This document shows, in pieces, positions 28,406-36,094 of a DNA stretch of 64,000 nucleotides (positions are counted from its first letter, which is position 1; each line of letters starts with the position of its first letter). Under the pieces are notes generated by a model. The model did no database searches and was not told where the DNA came from. It saw nothing but the letters and a program-made list of their open reading frames with translations. A program made the translations under genes and the position numbers. The DNA comes from Acutalibacteraceae bacterium (GTDB taxonomy: Bacteria; Bacillota; Clostridia; Oscillospirales; Acutalibacteraceae). The DNA lies in the NCBI GenBank assembly GCA_045647405.1, contig JAZRMI010000007.1:31895-95894 (forward strand), given 5' to 3'.

Positions 28406-29659
28406 ATGAACAAAATTACAGAAGTAACACGCAGAGACATCATTGATATTATCCGCAATGGATTTATTGGTACAGAGCTAGAGCTTAAAGTCAATTACTA
28501 CGAACATCCATATCCCGAGGAAGTTACAGTTGACTATCATATGTGTTATCATGGACGTCTCAATGAAATTGACTTTTTATCAAGAGTTTATAATCTTAGT
28601 AATATGCCTTCCACGGACAGTAGATTTAAGGATGCGGAAGGTGATATTTGGCAACATACTATTAATAACGATGATTGGGAAGATGGTTGGGTCTTTACTG
28701 ATCATCGTTTCGGTCTTGTGAACGGCGATGACGAAACGCTATTAAAATTTCTATGTGAAATGTTTCATCCTGTTGTTAGAAACGAACACCAACCCTGGAA
28801 AAAATTCTTGGAAACTTTTAATGAACTTCTAAAGCATGATGGATATGAGATTATAGAAAAAAGTCATATATCCGGACGTTCTGTTTATGGTTGGCAGACC
28901 ATAGTACCAAATACTATTGCCATACCCAAAGCAACAAATCCCACATACGAATTAAAATTAATTGGTGAAGGATCATACGCACAAGTTTTTAAGTATAAAG
29001 ATTCTTTCTATGATACTTTTTTCGTTGTTAAACGGGCAAAAAAAGATTTAACAGAAAAAGAACTAACTCGCTTTAAGCGTGAATACGAACAAATGAAAAC
29101 GCTTCATTCTCCGTATATAGTCGAGGTGTATTCATACAACGGTAGCTCTAACGAGTATGTAATGGAGTATATGGATTGTACTCTCGATAAATATATATCT
29201 GAAAACAATGGAAAACTCACTTTCTCACAAAGAAAAGGTATTGTTTCTCAAATGCTACGAGCATTTAAATACATACACTCAAAAGATTTATTGCACAGGG
29301 ATATTTGTCCCAAAAATGTATTGCTTCGGCTGTATGATGATGTAAGGGTAGTAAAAATTTCCGATTTTGGATTAGTAAAAATACCCGACACAGATTTAAC
29401 ATCTATTAATACAGAATATAAGGGATATTTTAATGACCCTGAACTTCGTTTGGAGGGTTTCAACACATATTGTATAATTCATGAAACCTACGCCATTACC
29501 CGTCTTGTGTATTACGTAATGACAGGTAGAACTAATACCGAAAGAATTGAAAACCCTTCTCTGAAGGAGTTTGTAAAACGTGGACTTTCTTCGGATAAGA
29601 AAAAAAGGTTTCAAGATATCGATGAATTAACATCAGCATTTAACCTAATTCAAGAATAA
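28406..29659 (+). CDS. Cytosolic Ser/Thr protein kinase fused to an about 175-aa N-terminal domain (AbiJ-NTD4-like by recollection)
   Basis: The Hanks kinase motif set is complete: GEGSYAQV (G-loop), VVKRAK (beta3 Lys), FKREYEQM (alphaC Glu), HRDICPKNVLL, ISDFGL and NDPE. No TM or PASTA domains. N-domain motif: IDFLSRVYNLSNMPSTDSRFKDAEGDIWQHTINNDDWEDGWVFTDHRF...LLKFLCEMFHPVVR. Start set at ATG 28406 (AGGTGA 8 nt upstream); the ORF track starts at GTG 28394. Confidence 0.85.
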   Translation: MNKITEVTRRDIIDIIRNGFIGTELELKVNYYEHPYPEEVTVDYHMCYHGRLNEIDFLSRVYNLSNMPSTDSRFKDAEGDIWQHTINNDDWEDGWVFTDHRFGLVNGDDETLLKFLCEMFHPVVRNEHQPWKKFLETFNELLKHDGYEIIEKSHISGRSVYGWQTIVPNTIAIPKATNPTYELKLIGEGSYAQVFKYKDSFYDTFFVVKRAKKDLTEKELTRFKREYEQMKTLHSPYIVEVYSYNGSSNEYVMEYMDCTLDKYISENNGKLTFSQRKGIVSQMLRAFKYIHSKDLLHRDICPKNVLLRLYDDVRVVKISDFGLVKIPDTDLTSINTEYKGYFNDPELRLEGFNTYCIIHETYAITRLVYYVMTGRTNTERIENPSLKEFVKRGLSSDKKKRFQDIDELTSAFNLIQE

Positions 29660-29665
29660 CATTTT

Positions 29666-29715
29666 TGATTTGGTTCTGTTTTTCGAAAAAATGTTCAAAA
29701 AACAGAACCAAATCA
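29666..29715. repeat. Perfect 18-bp-stem palindrome related to the tRNA-Pro terminator
   Basis: TGATTTGGTTCTGTTTTT - 14-nt loop - AAAAACAGAACCAAATCA. The left arm and its 5' flank repeat 26539-26561. The loop is the reverse complement of the loop at 26562-26576 (one A shorter). Confidence 0.85.
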
Positions 29716-30167
29716 CATGGTGACAGTGACGATATTCGAACCACTAACCATATATTTTTGATAATTTTGATTGGAAAATGTGATATTTTAGGTCGTTTTT
29801 TGTTATATAAATGGGGATATGTACTGTTTTTGACTGCTAAAAACCCTTTATTTATGCGGTTTTTCCCAATTTTACTATAACGCTACTCCGACCAATATCG
29901 GAAATCCACTGATGAAAATCGGTGGATTTTTGATTTTGTATTATTCAATTTTTATAATTCCACAATTAAATTTTAATACATTCACTGTACTATAAAACAG
30001 ACTTTAACCTCTAAAAATTGATATTTTTTGAAATTTTGTTATTTTTTGTTTACTGCGTATTAAATTTCGACTGCTTTACCTCCATATGTATGGAGGAACT
30101 GTCACATTTGTATATCCATTTTAAAATTGGTAAGAATATCTAATACAAAATAAACGGAGGTAATAAA

Positions 30168-30833
30168 ATGTTTAAACACGAAAAAATGCTTTTTCATCCT
30201 GTTGCGGTGGAAAGACCTAATCCGCAGTATGCGGCGCTTTTACAGGAACAGCTTGGCGGAGGTAACGGTGAACTTAAAGCGGCAATGCAATATATGTCGC
30301 AAAGTTTTAGAATTAAAGATGGTGAAATTAAAGATTTATTCCTTGACATTGCCGCAGAAGAACTCGGACATATGGAGATGGTGGCACAGACCATCAATCT
30401 ATTAAACGGACACGATGTAGATGCCCAAAAGGTACCGTGCGGTGAGATTCAGTCGCATGTTATTCTCGGTTTAAACCCAGGTCTTATCAATGCTTCGGGA
30501 TATTCTTGGACGGGTGATTATGTAACGGTTACGGGAGATTTGTGCGCTGACCTACTCAGTAACATTGCATCCGAACAGCGTGCAAAGGTGGTCTACGAGT
30601 ACCTTTACCGCCAGATTGATGACAAAAAGGTGCGTGAAACTATTGATTTCCTCTTAAACCGCGAGGAAGCTCACAATCAGATGTTCCGAGATGCCTTCAA
30701 CAAGGTTCAAAACTCAGGCTCAAACAAAGATTTTGGAACAACTAAAGCCGCACGGATGTATTTTTCGATGTCAGATCCAGGTCCTAACGCATTCGCCACA
30801 GGCGAAACAGAACCCGTATCTTTTGACAAATAA
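30168..30833 (+). CDS. Manganese catalase family protein (CotJC-like)
   Basis: NPQYAALLQEQLGGGNGELKAAMQYMSQSF and AAEELGHMEMV di-metal motifs. RBS GGAGG lies 8 nt upstream. Confidence 0.85.
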   Translation: MFKHEKMLFHPVAVERPNPQYAALLQEQLGGGNGELKAAMQYMSQSFRIKDGEIKDLFLDIAAEELGHMEMVAQTINLLNGHDVDAQKVPCGEIQSHVILGLNPGLINASGYSWTGDYVTVTGDLCADLLSNIASEQRAKVVYEYLYRQIDDKKVRETIDFLLNREEAHNQMFRDAFNKVQNSGSNKDFGTTKAARMYFSMSDPGPNAFATGETEPVSFDK

Positions 30834-30834
30834 C

Positions 30835-30877
30835 AACGCTGTCCAAGTGATTAACTTGGACAGCGTTATTTTATTTT
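30835..30877. terminator. Bidirectional terminator between the catalase gene and clpC
   Basis: 14-bp stem aacgctgtccaagt / acttggacagcgtt with T-rich runs on both sides. Confidence 0.75.
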
Positions 30878-33303
30878 ACTTTGAAACAAAATTCCCCGTC
30901 TTCAAAACTGCATAAAACAGTATCGCCGTTTTTAACCGTTTTATCGAGTATATTTTCGCTTAAAGCATCTTCAATTTTGTTTTGAATTTCACGTCTTAAA
31001 GGTCTTGCGCCGTAAACCGCATCAAAACCTTTATCGGCCAATGCAGATATTACGCCGTCATCAAATTTAAGCGTTATTTCAAGATTTTTTAGTCTCAATT
31101 GCAAGTTTTCAAGCATTTTAACAGCGATTTCCTTAATTTCATCAACCGTCAATTTTGTGAAAACAATTATATCATCAACACGGTTTATAAATTCAGGACG
31201 GAAGGTGTTTTTCAGTTCACCCAAAACAAGTTCTTTAACATCCTTATTTTCATCATTGTTTTCCGTAAAACCAAAACTTATTTTCTTCTCTGTGATAAGC
31301 CTTGCGCCGACATTGGATGTCATAATAATTACTGTGTTTTTGAAGTCAACCTTTCTACCCTGTGAGTCGGTCAGAATACCGTCCTCAAGAATCTGCAAAA
31401 GCATATTAAATACATCAGGATGCGCTTTTTCAATTTCATCAAAAAGTATTACCGAATAAGGATTTCTTCTCACCTTTTCGGTTAATTGACCGCCCTCCTC
31501 GAACCCTACATAACCTGGAGGAGAACCAACAAGGCGTGATACTGTATGCTTTTCCATATATTCTGACATATCAAGCCTTATCATCATATTTTCATTGCCA
31601 AACATGGCTGAAGCGAGCGCTTTGCAAAGTTCGGTTTTACCAACACCCGTAGGCCCTAAAAAGATAAAAGAACCAATCGGTCTTTTAGGGTCTTTAAGCC
31701 CTACTCTGCCTCGGCGGATTGCCTTTGCAACAGCAGTTACAGCCTCATTTTGACCAACAATTCTGTGATGGAGTTCATCTTCAAGCCTTAAAAGTCTCTC
31801 ACTTTCTTCCTCAGTAAGTTGAGCCACCGGAACACCCGTCCAAACAGAAACAATCTGGGCAATATTTTCTTCGGTTACTTCCCCTCTTGACAAAGAATTT
31901 TCCTCGTGCCATTTTTCTTTTTCAGCCTCATATTTTTGTTTTAAACTGTTTTCTTTGTCACGCAAGGATGCCGCCTGTTCAAATTCTTGTGAGTTAATAG
32001 CCTCATCTTTTTCAGCCTCGGTATTAGCAATCTGTTCTTCCAATTCTTTTAAAATATCAGGTGCGGCACTGGCACTAAGTCTCACCCGTGATGCCGCCTC
32101 GTCTATAAGGTCTATTGCCTTATCAGGCAAAAATCTATCGGTAATGTAGCGTGAAGATAATTTCACCGCAGATACTATAGCATCATCTGTAATTTTAACC
32201 TTATGATGCGCCTCATATTTATCCTTTAAACCTTTTAATATCAATACCGCATCTTCCTCGTTAGGCTCTGATACAGTCACCGGTTGGAATCTTCTTTCAA
32301 GGGCAGAATCTTTTTCAATATTTTTACGGTATTCGGTAATAGTTGTGGCACCGATCAACTGGAATTCACCTCTTGCGAGTGACGGCTTTAAAATATTAGC
32401 CGCATCGGTTGAACCCTCAGCAGAGCCTGCGCCGATTATAGTGTGGACCTCATCAATAAACAGTATTATATCTTTAGACTTTGTAACTTCTTCTATAACA
32501 GACTTTATTCTCTCCTCAAAGTCGCCTCGGTATTTAGTACCTGCAACCATACCCGTAAGGTCAAGGGTGAAGAGTTTTTTGTTTTCCAAAATTTCAGGAA
32601 CATTTCCGCTTACAATTTTTTGCGCCAAACCCTCGATAATAGCAGTCTTACCTACCCCCGGCTCACCAATCAAACAAGGATTGTTTTTGGTGCGGCGGCA
32701 TAAAATCTGTATTACCCTTTCAATTTCCTGTTCCCTGCCGATAACGGGGTCTATCTTGCCGTTTTTAGCCTCACTCGTTAAATCTCTGCCGTATTTTGCA
32801 AGGGTTGGTGTCTTAGCATTTTGCTCCCCTTTAGGCTCGTTTTTAGGATTAACATTTGAATCTATTCCCGAAGCCTTTAAAGCGGCATTAGTAAGGGTTG
32901 CAACATCCACACCCAACTCATTCAAAAAACGGATAGCATAATTGTCGCCCTCGCTCAAAATACCAATAAGCAAATGCTCCGTACCTACATACTTTTTGCC
33001 GATATTATTACAACCGTTCATTGCCGTCTCGATAACCCTTTTGGCTCTTGGAGTAAAATAATCGGGCGACAGTTTAGTCGGCGTTCCGCAACCAATTTGA
33101 GCACGGATAAGTTCTTCAATTTTTTCAGGTGTGACACCGTTTTTATTAAGCACCACCGATGCAACACCGCTACCTATTCTCAAAAGACCTAAAAGCAAAT
33201 GTTCGCTTCCCACATAGGTGTGACCTAAAAGTTCGGCAGAATTTATTGCTTGATTAAGCGCCTCGTTTGCTTTAGCAGTGAAGCCGTTAAAATTATATTT
33301 CAT
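30871..33303 (-). CDS. clpC: ATP-dependent Clp protease ATP-binding subunit ClpC
   Basis: Double Clp_N repeat, Walker A GEPGVGKT and GPTGVGKT, a UVR-like linker, 810 aa. Confidence 0.96.
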   Translation of the reverse strand: MKYNFNGFTAKANEALNQAINSAELLGHTYVGSEHLLLGLLRIGSGVASVVLNKNGVTPEKIEELIRAQIGCGTPTKLSPDYFTPRAKRVIETAMNGCNNIGKKYVGTEHLLIGILSEGDNYAIRFLNELGVDVATLTNAALKASGIDSNVNPKNEPKGEQNAKTPTLAKYGRDLTSEAKNGKIDPVIGREQEIERVIQILCRRTKNNPCLIGEPGVGKTAIIEGLAQKIVSGNVPEILENKKLFTLDLTGMVAGTKYRGDFEERIKSVIEEVTKSKDIILFIDEVHTIIGAGSAEGSTDAANILKPSLARGEFQLIGATTITEYRKNIEKDSALERRFQPVTVSEPNEEDAVLILKGLKDKYEAHHKVKITDDAIVSAVKLSSRYITDRFLPDKAIDLIDEAASRVRLSASAAPDILKELEEQIANTEAEKDEAINSQEFEQAASLRDKENSLKQKYEAEKEKWHEENSLSRGEVTEENIAQIVSVWTGVPVAQLTEEESERLLRLEDELHHRIVGQNEAVTAVAKAIRRGRVGLKDPKRPIGSFIFLGPTGVGKTELCKALASAMFGNENMMIRLDMSEYMEKHTVSRLVGSPPGYVGFEEGGQLTEKVRRNPYSVILFDEIEKAHPDVFNMLLQILEDGILTDSQGRKVDFKNTVIIMTSNVGARLITEKKISFGFTENNDENKDVKELVLGELKNTFRPEFINRVDDIIVFTKLTVDEIKEIAVKMLENLQLRLKNLEITLKFDDGVISALADKGFDAVYGARPLRREIQNKIEDALSENILDKTVKNGDTVLCSFEDGEFCFKVK

Positions 33304-33320
33304 AAAAAATCACCTCGTAA

Positions 33321-34328
33321 TTACGAAAGCATTTCCCTTATCATATTAGCACGGTATATATCCCTTTCGTCAGGTTCGCAAACACCGTATTTCTGCATTA
33401 ACATAAAGGGTTGCGCTTCTATTAAAAGTTTTATGGGCGAAGCCTCAATATCAAGTATGCCCATACTTTTACCCAGTTTAATCCTCGATATTAAATTCAT
33501 CATTTCCTCACTCGATAAAATTCTGCAATTTTGCAATGTTCCCAGTGCCCTGAAACATAAATCCTCAATTTTGAGTTTATTAAAATTTTCTCTTGCAGAA
33601 CGCTCTTTATCTATCAACTGGGTTGTTATAATCTTCAAATTGTCAAGAGCGTTATTTTCGCTGATACCTAAAGTAATCTGATTAGAAACCTGATAAAGCG
33701 ATGCCGAAGACTTTGAACCCTCGCCATACATTCCTCTCACTGTGAATCCAATTTTACCCACCGATTCAGAAAGCGAGGCAATCTCTCCACCGCTTTCAAG
33801 GGCAGGCAAGTGCAACATAACCGATGCACGAAGTCCCGTACCGAGATTTGTGGGGCATTCGGTTAAAAATCCTAATTTACTGTCAAATGCGAAATGCAAA
33901 GAATCATACAAAAGCGTATCAATTCTTTCGGCAATATCATAAGCCTCTTTCAACTGAAGTCCGCCTAAAATCACCTGTATTCTGATATGGTCTTCTTCAC
34001 CTATCATAATACTTATGCTTTCATCCTCTGATAGTATGATGGCTGATTCCTCTGTTTTTGATGCAAATTCAGGACTTATTATATGTCTTTCCACCATTGC
34101 ATACTTCTGAATTTCAGGTACATCACGCATATCAATATATTTAAGCGTTTTTGCAAAAGGCGTATTACTTTCGCAAATTGCCTTTTTAACCTTATTATTA
34201 AGTTCTATTCTTTGTTCACTTGTCATTCGTGACGGAAAAGGAATATCGCTCAAATTTCTTGCAAGACGGATTCTGCTGCTAACCGCAATATCGTCCATAG
34301 GCGCACTTGATAAATACCATCTACCCAT
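33321..34328 (-). CDS. mcsB: Protein arginine kinase McsB
   Basis: Guanidino-kinase signature CPTNLGTGLRAS and position between mcsA and clpC. Confidence 0.92.
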   Translation of the reverse strand: MGRWYLSSAPMDDIAVSSRIRLARNLSDIPFPSRMTSEQRIELNNKVKKAICESNTPFAKTLKYIDMRDVPEIQKYAMVERHIISPEFASKTEESAIILSEDESISIMIGEEDHIRIQVILGGLQLKEAYDIAERIDTLLYDSLHFAFDSKLGFLTECPTNLGTGLRASVMLHLPALESGGEIASLSESVGKIGFTVRGMYGEGSKSSASLYQVSNQITLGISENNALDNLKIITTQLIDKERSARENFNKLKIEDLCFRALGTLQNCRILSSEEMMNLISRIKLGKSMGILDIEASPIKLLIEAQPFMLMQKYGVCEPDERDIYRANMIREMLS

Positions 34329-34803
34329 TATCCTTTTCCTCCAATTCTTTTATTTTATCCCTTATAACTGCCGCTTGCTCATATTTTTCCTCTGCTACAA
34401 GACGACACAACTCATTTCTTAAATCTTCAACTGTTTCAGGTTTTATCTTAAGCGGTGTGCTGTTAGGAACTTTTCCTGCGTGATTGGTACTGCCGTGAAC
34501 TCTTTTAAGATAAGGCAATAACTGTTCATAAAACGTCTCATAGCACTTAGAACAGCCAACCTTCCCGCCCTTAGCAATATCCGAAAATGTTGAACCACAA
34601 ACTGAACATTTAACACTATTTTTGGACAAGCCGTTTTTAGAAATATCGCCAAACATTGAGGCTAACATTCCCGTTAAACTATTAGCGGCATATCCCTCCT
34701 TTGCGGCACAGTAATCACAAAGGTTATATTCTCTTACAACACCGTTTACAAACGTTTTTATATGAGTTGTAGCGTGATTTTTTCCACATTTTTCACACAG
34801 CAT
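34321..34803 (-). CDS. mcsA: McsA (UvrB/C-motif, Zn-finger activator of McsB)
   Basis: Paired CxxC fingers (CEKCG, CDYCA, CSVCG, CSKCY) and a UVR motif (EEKYEQAAVIRDKIKELE). Confidence 0.88.
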   Translation of the reverse strand: MLCEKCGKNHATTHIKTFVNGVVREYNLCDYCAAKEGYAANSLTGMLASMFGDISKNGLSKNSVKCSVCGSTFSDIAKGGKVGCSKCYETFYEQLLPYLKRVHGSTNHAGKVPNSTPLKIKPETVEDLRNELCRLVAEEKYEQAAVIRDKIKELEEKDNG

Positions 34804-34817
34804 ATATTTTCTCCTTT

Positions 34818-35270
34818 TTAAATCAAAGTTAAGAGCATCTGTTTTAAAATCACCGCACGCAAGCGGTCTTTATGAGACGGCGGTATATTCTGCATAACAG
34901 AATTTGAAACAGCCGCCGCCATAAGCGATGCTTCTTGACTATTGATTATTCCTGCTTGCAAACAGTTTTCCAAAACAATTCTTGTGCTTAACGCATCAAT
35001 ATACTCGCCTATTGAATTAATAATATGCATTAAGGCAGATGTATTATTAAGCATTACCCTTTTAATGCGGATATATCCGCCGCCTCCACGTCGGCTTTCT
35101 ATAATATATCCGTGTTCAGGGGTGAAACGGGACGAAAGAACATAGTTTATTTGACTGGGTGCACAACCCATTAAATTTGCAAATTCGTTTCTTTGAATTT
35201 CAGCAGTATTAATTTCCGATTCGTTTAACATTCTTATAATTTCTTTGGTGATGATATCACTCATTCTCAT
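34818..35270 (-). CDS. ctsR: Class III stress-gene repressor CtsR
   Basis: MSDIITKEI..., APSQINYVL..RFT.E.GY..ESRRGGGGYIRI signature. Start at MRMSD after AAGGAAG; the ORF track uses an upstream GTG at 35279. Confidence 0.93.
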   Translation of the reverse strand: MRMSDIITKEIIRMLNESEINTAEIQRNEFANLMGCAPSQINYVLSSRFTPEHGYIIESRRGGGGYIRIKRVMLNNTSALMHIINSIGEYIDALSTRIVLENCLQAGIINSQEASLMAAAVSNSVMQNIPPSHKDRLRAVILKQMLLTLI

Positions 35271-35285
35271 ATAAGCCACTTCCTT

Positions 35286-35334
35286 TTTGACTTTCTCTGA
35301 CTTTAATTATACACAAAAGTCAGGAAAAGTCAAA
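35286..35334 (-). promoter_or_regulatory. ctsR-operon promoter flanked by two CtsR operator repeats
   Basis: Minus strand reads TTGACT (35333-35328), about 16 nt, then TATAAT (35311-35306). Heptad direct repeats AGTCAGAgaaAGTCAAA (minus strand, 35302-35286) and AGTCAGGaaaAGTCAAA (plus strand, 35318-35334) resemble the CtsR box (A/GGTCAAAnAnA/GGTCAAA). Confidence 0.75.
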
Positions 35335-35416
35335 TACTTTTTTATTTTTATTCTGTAACACCTTTTTAAAAAAGTGCATAGTATGTGTTGAAGACAAATG
35401 AAGGAGGTCTTTTCAA

Positions 35417-35539
35417 ATGTGTAATAATAATGGTTGTACTTGGATTATCATCTTAATCCTCATACTCTGCTGCTGTGGCGGTTGGGGTAACAATAACGGC
35501 GGTTGCGGTTGCGACAACGGTTGCAATACTTGCTGCTAA
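35417..35539 (+). CDS. 40-aa Cys/Gly/Asn-rich tiny membrane peptide (YjcZ-like 'tiny TM' type?)
   Basis: Translated by hand: MCNNNGCTWIIILILILCCCGGWGNNNGGCGCDNGCNTCC. AAGGAGG lies 9 nt upstream, and a strong terminator follows immediately. Confidence 0.55.
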   Translation: MCNNNGCTWIIILILILCCCGGWGNNNGGCGCDNGCNTCC

Positions 35540-35552
35540 TTTCATAACAAAA

Positions 35553-35585
35553 AGATGCAGACACTTTCGTGTCTGCATCTTTTTG
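35553..35585. terminator. Bidirectional terminator (tiny peptide gene / dCMP deaminase gene)
   Basis: agatgcagacac-tttc-gtgtctgcatct with a T-run on the plus strand and an A-run upstream that serves the minus strand. Confidence 0.8.
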
Positions 35586-35586
35586 C

Positions 35587-36075
35587 TTAAAAATCAAGTA
35601 TTATTTGTTTATTTGTTTTATCGTAAAGTCTATACTTAACACCCGCGGTATCAAACATACGCTTAGCAGCAATAACGCTGTCAGAATCGGCATATTTATC
35701 TTCCATATAAACCACTTCTTTGATACCTGACTGAATAATCGCCTTAGCACACTCGTTACAAGGGAAAAGAGTTGTATAAACTGTGCAACCACGCACATTT
35801 CCCCTGTCACAGTTTAAAATAGCATTAAACTCAGCGTGACAAACATAAAGATATTTTGAATTAAGCGGGTCAGAGTCTCGTCCCCAAGGATATTCATCAT
35901 CACTGCAACAACGGGGCATACCGTTATAACCCATTGATAAAATTCGCTTATCTTCATTGACAATACAAGCGCCAACCTGAGTTGATGGGTCTTTACTGCG
36001 CATACTTGAAAGCATAGCAATACCCATAAAGTATTCATCCCAACTTAAATATTCTTCTCTTTTCACACTTTTCAC
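35587..36075 (-). CDS. comEB: dCMP deaminase (ComEB-like)
   Basis: Zn motifs HAEFNAI and PCNECAK; about 160 aa. Confidence 0.88.
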   Translation of the reverse strand: MKSVKREEYLSWDEYFMGIAMLSSMRSKDPSTQVGACIVNEDKRILSMGYNGMPRCCSDDEYPWGRDSDPLNSKYLYVCHAEFNAILNCDRGNVRGCTVYTTLFPCNECAKAIIQSGIKEVVYMEDKYADSDSVIAAKRMFDTAGVKYRLYDKTNKQIILDF

Positions 36076-36094
36076 CTCAAATATATAATAATCG

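Noticed and set aside
29665-29880. 71-aa plus-strand ORF just after the kinase gene.
   Set aside because: It starts inside the 18-bp palindrome, has no RBS, and has a junk-like composition. The region looks like decayed non-coding DNA.
29897-29930. CUGAUGA...GAAA-like string (ccaCTGATGAaaatcggtgg), which raised the thought of a hammerhead ribozyme.
   Set aside because: The CTGATGA sits in the loop of a simple hairpin. There is no helix II/GAAA/helix III arrangement or cleavage-site context.
32345-32941. Long antisense ORFs inside large genes. Examples: 198 aa opposite clpC, 192 aa at 13011-13589 opposite mutL, 183 aa at 8683-9234 opposite ylmH, 164 aa at 14104-14598, and 145-147 aa at 18505-18942, 19663-20103 and 40250-40693.
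   Set aside because: They lie entirely within, and opposite to, genes with unmistakable conserved motifs. They have low-complexity or odd composition and no RBS. They are typical shadow ORFs.
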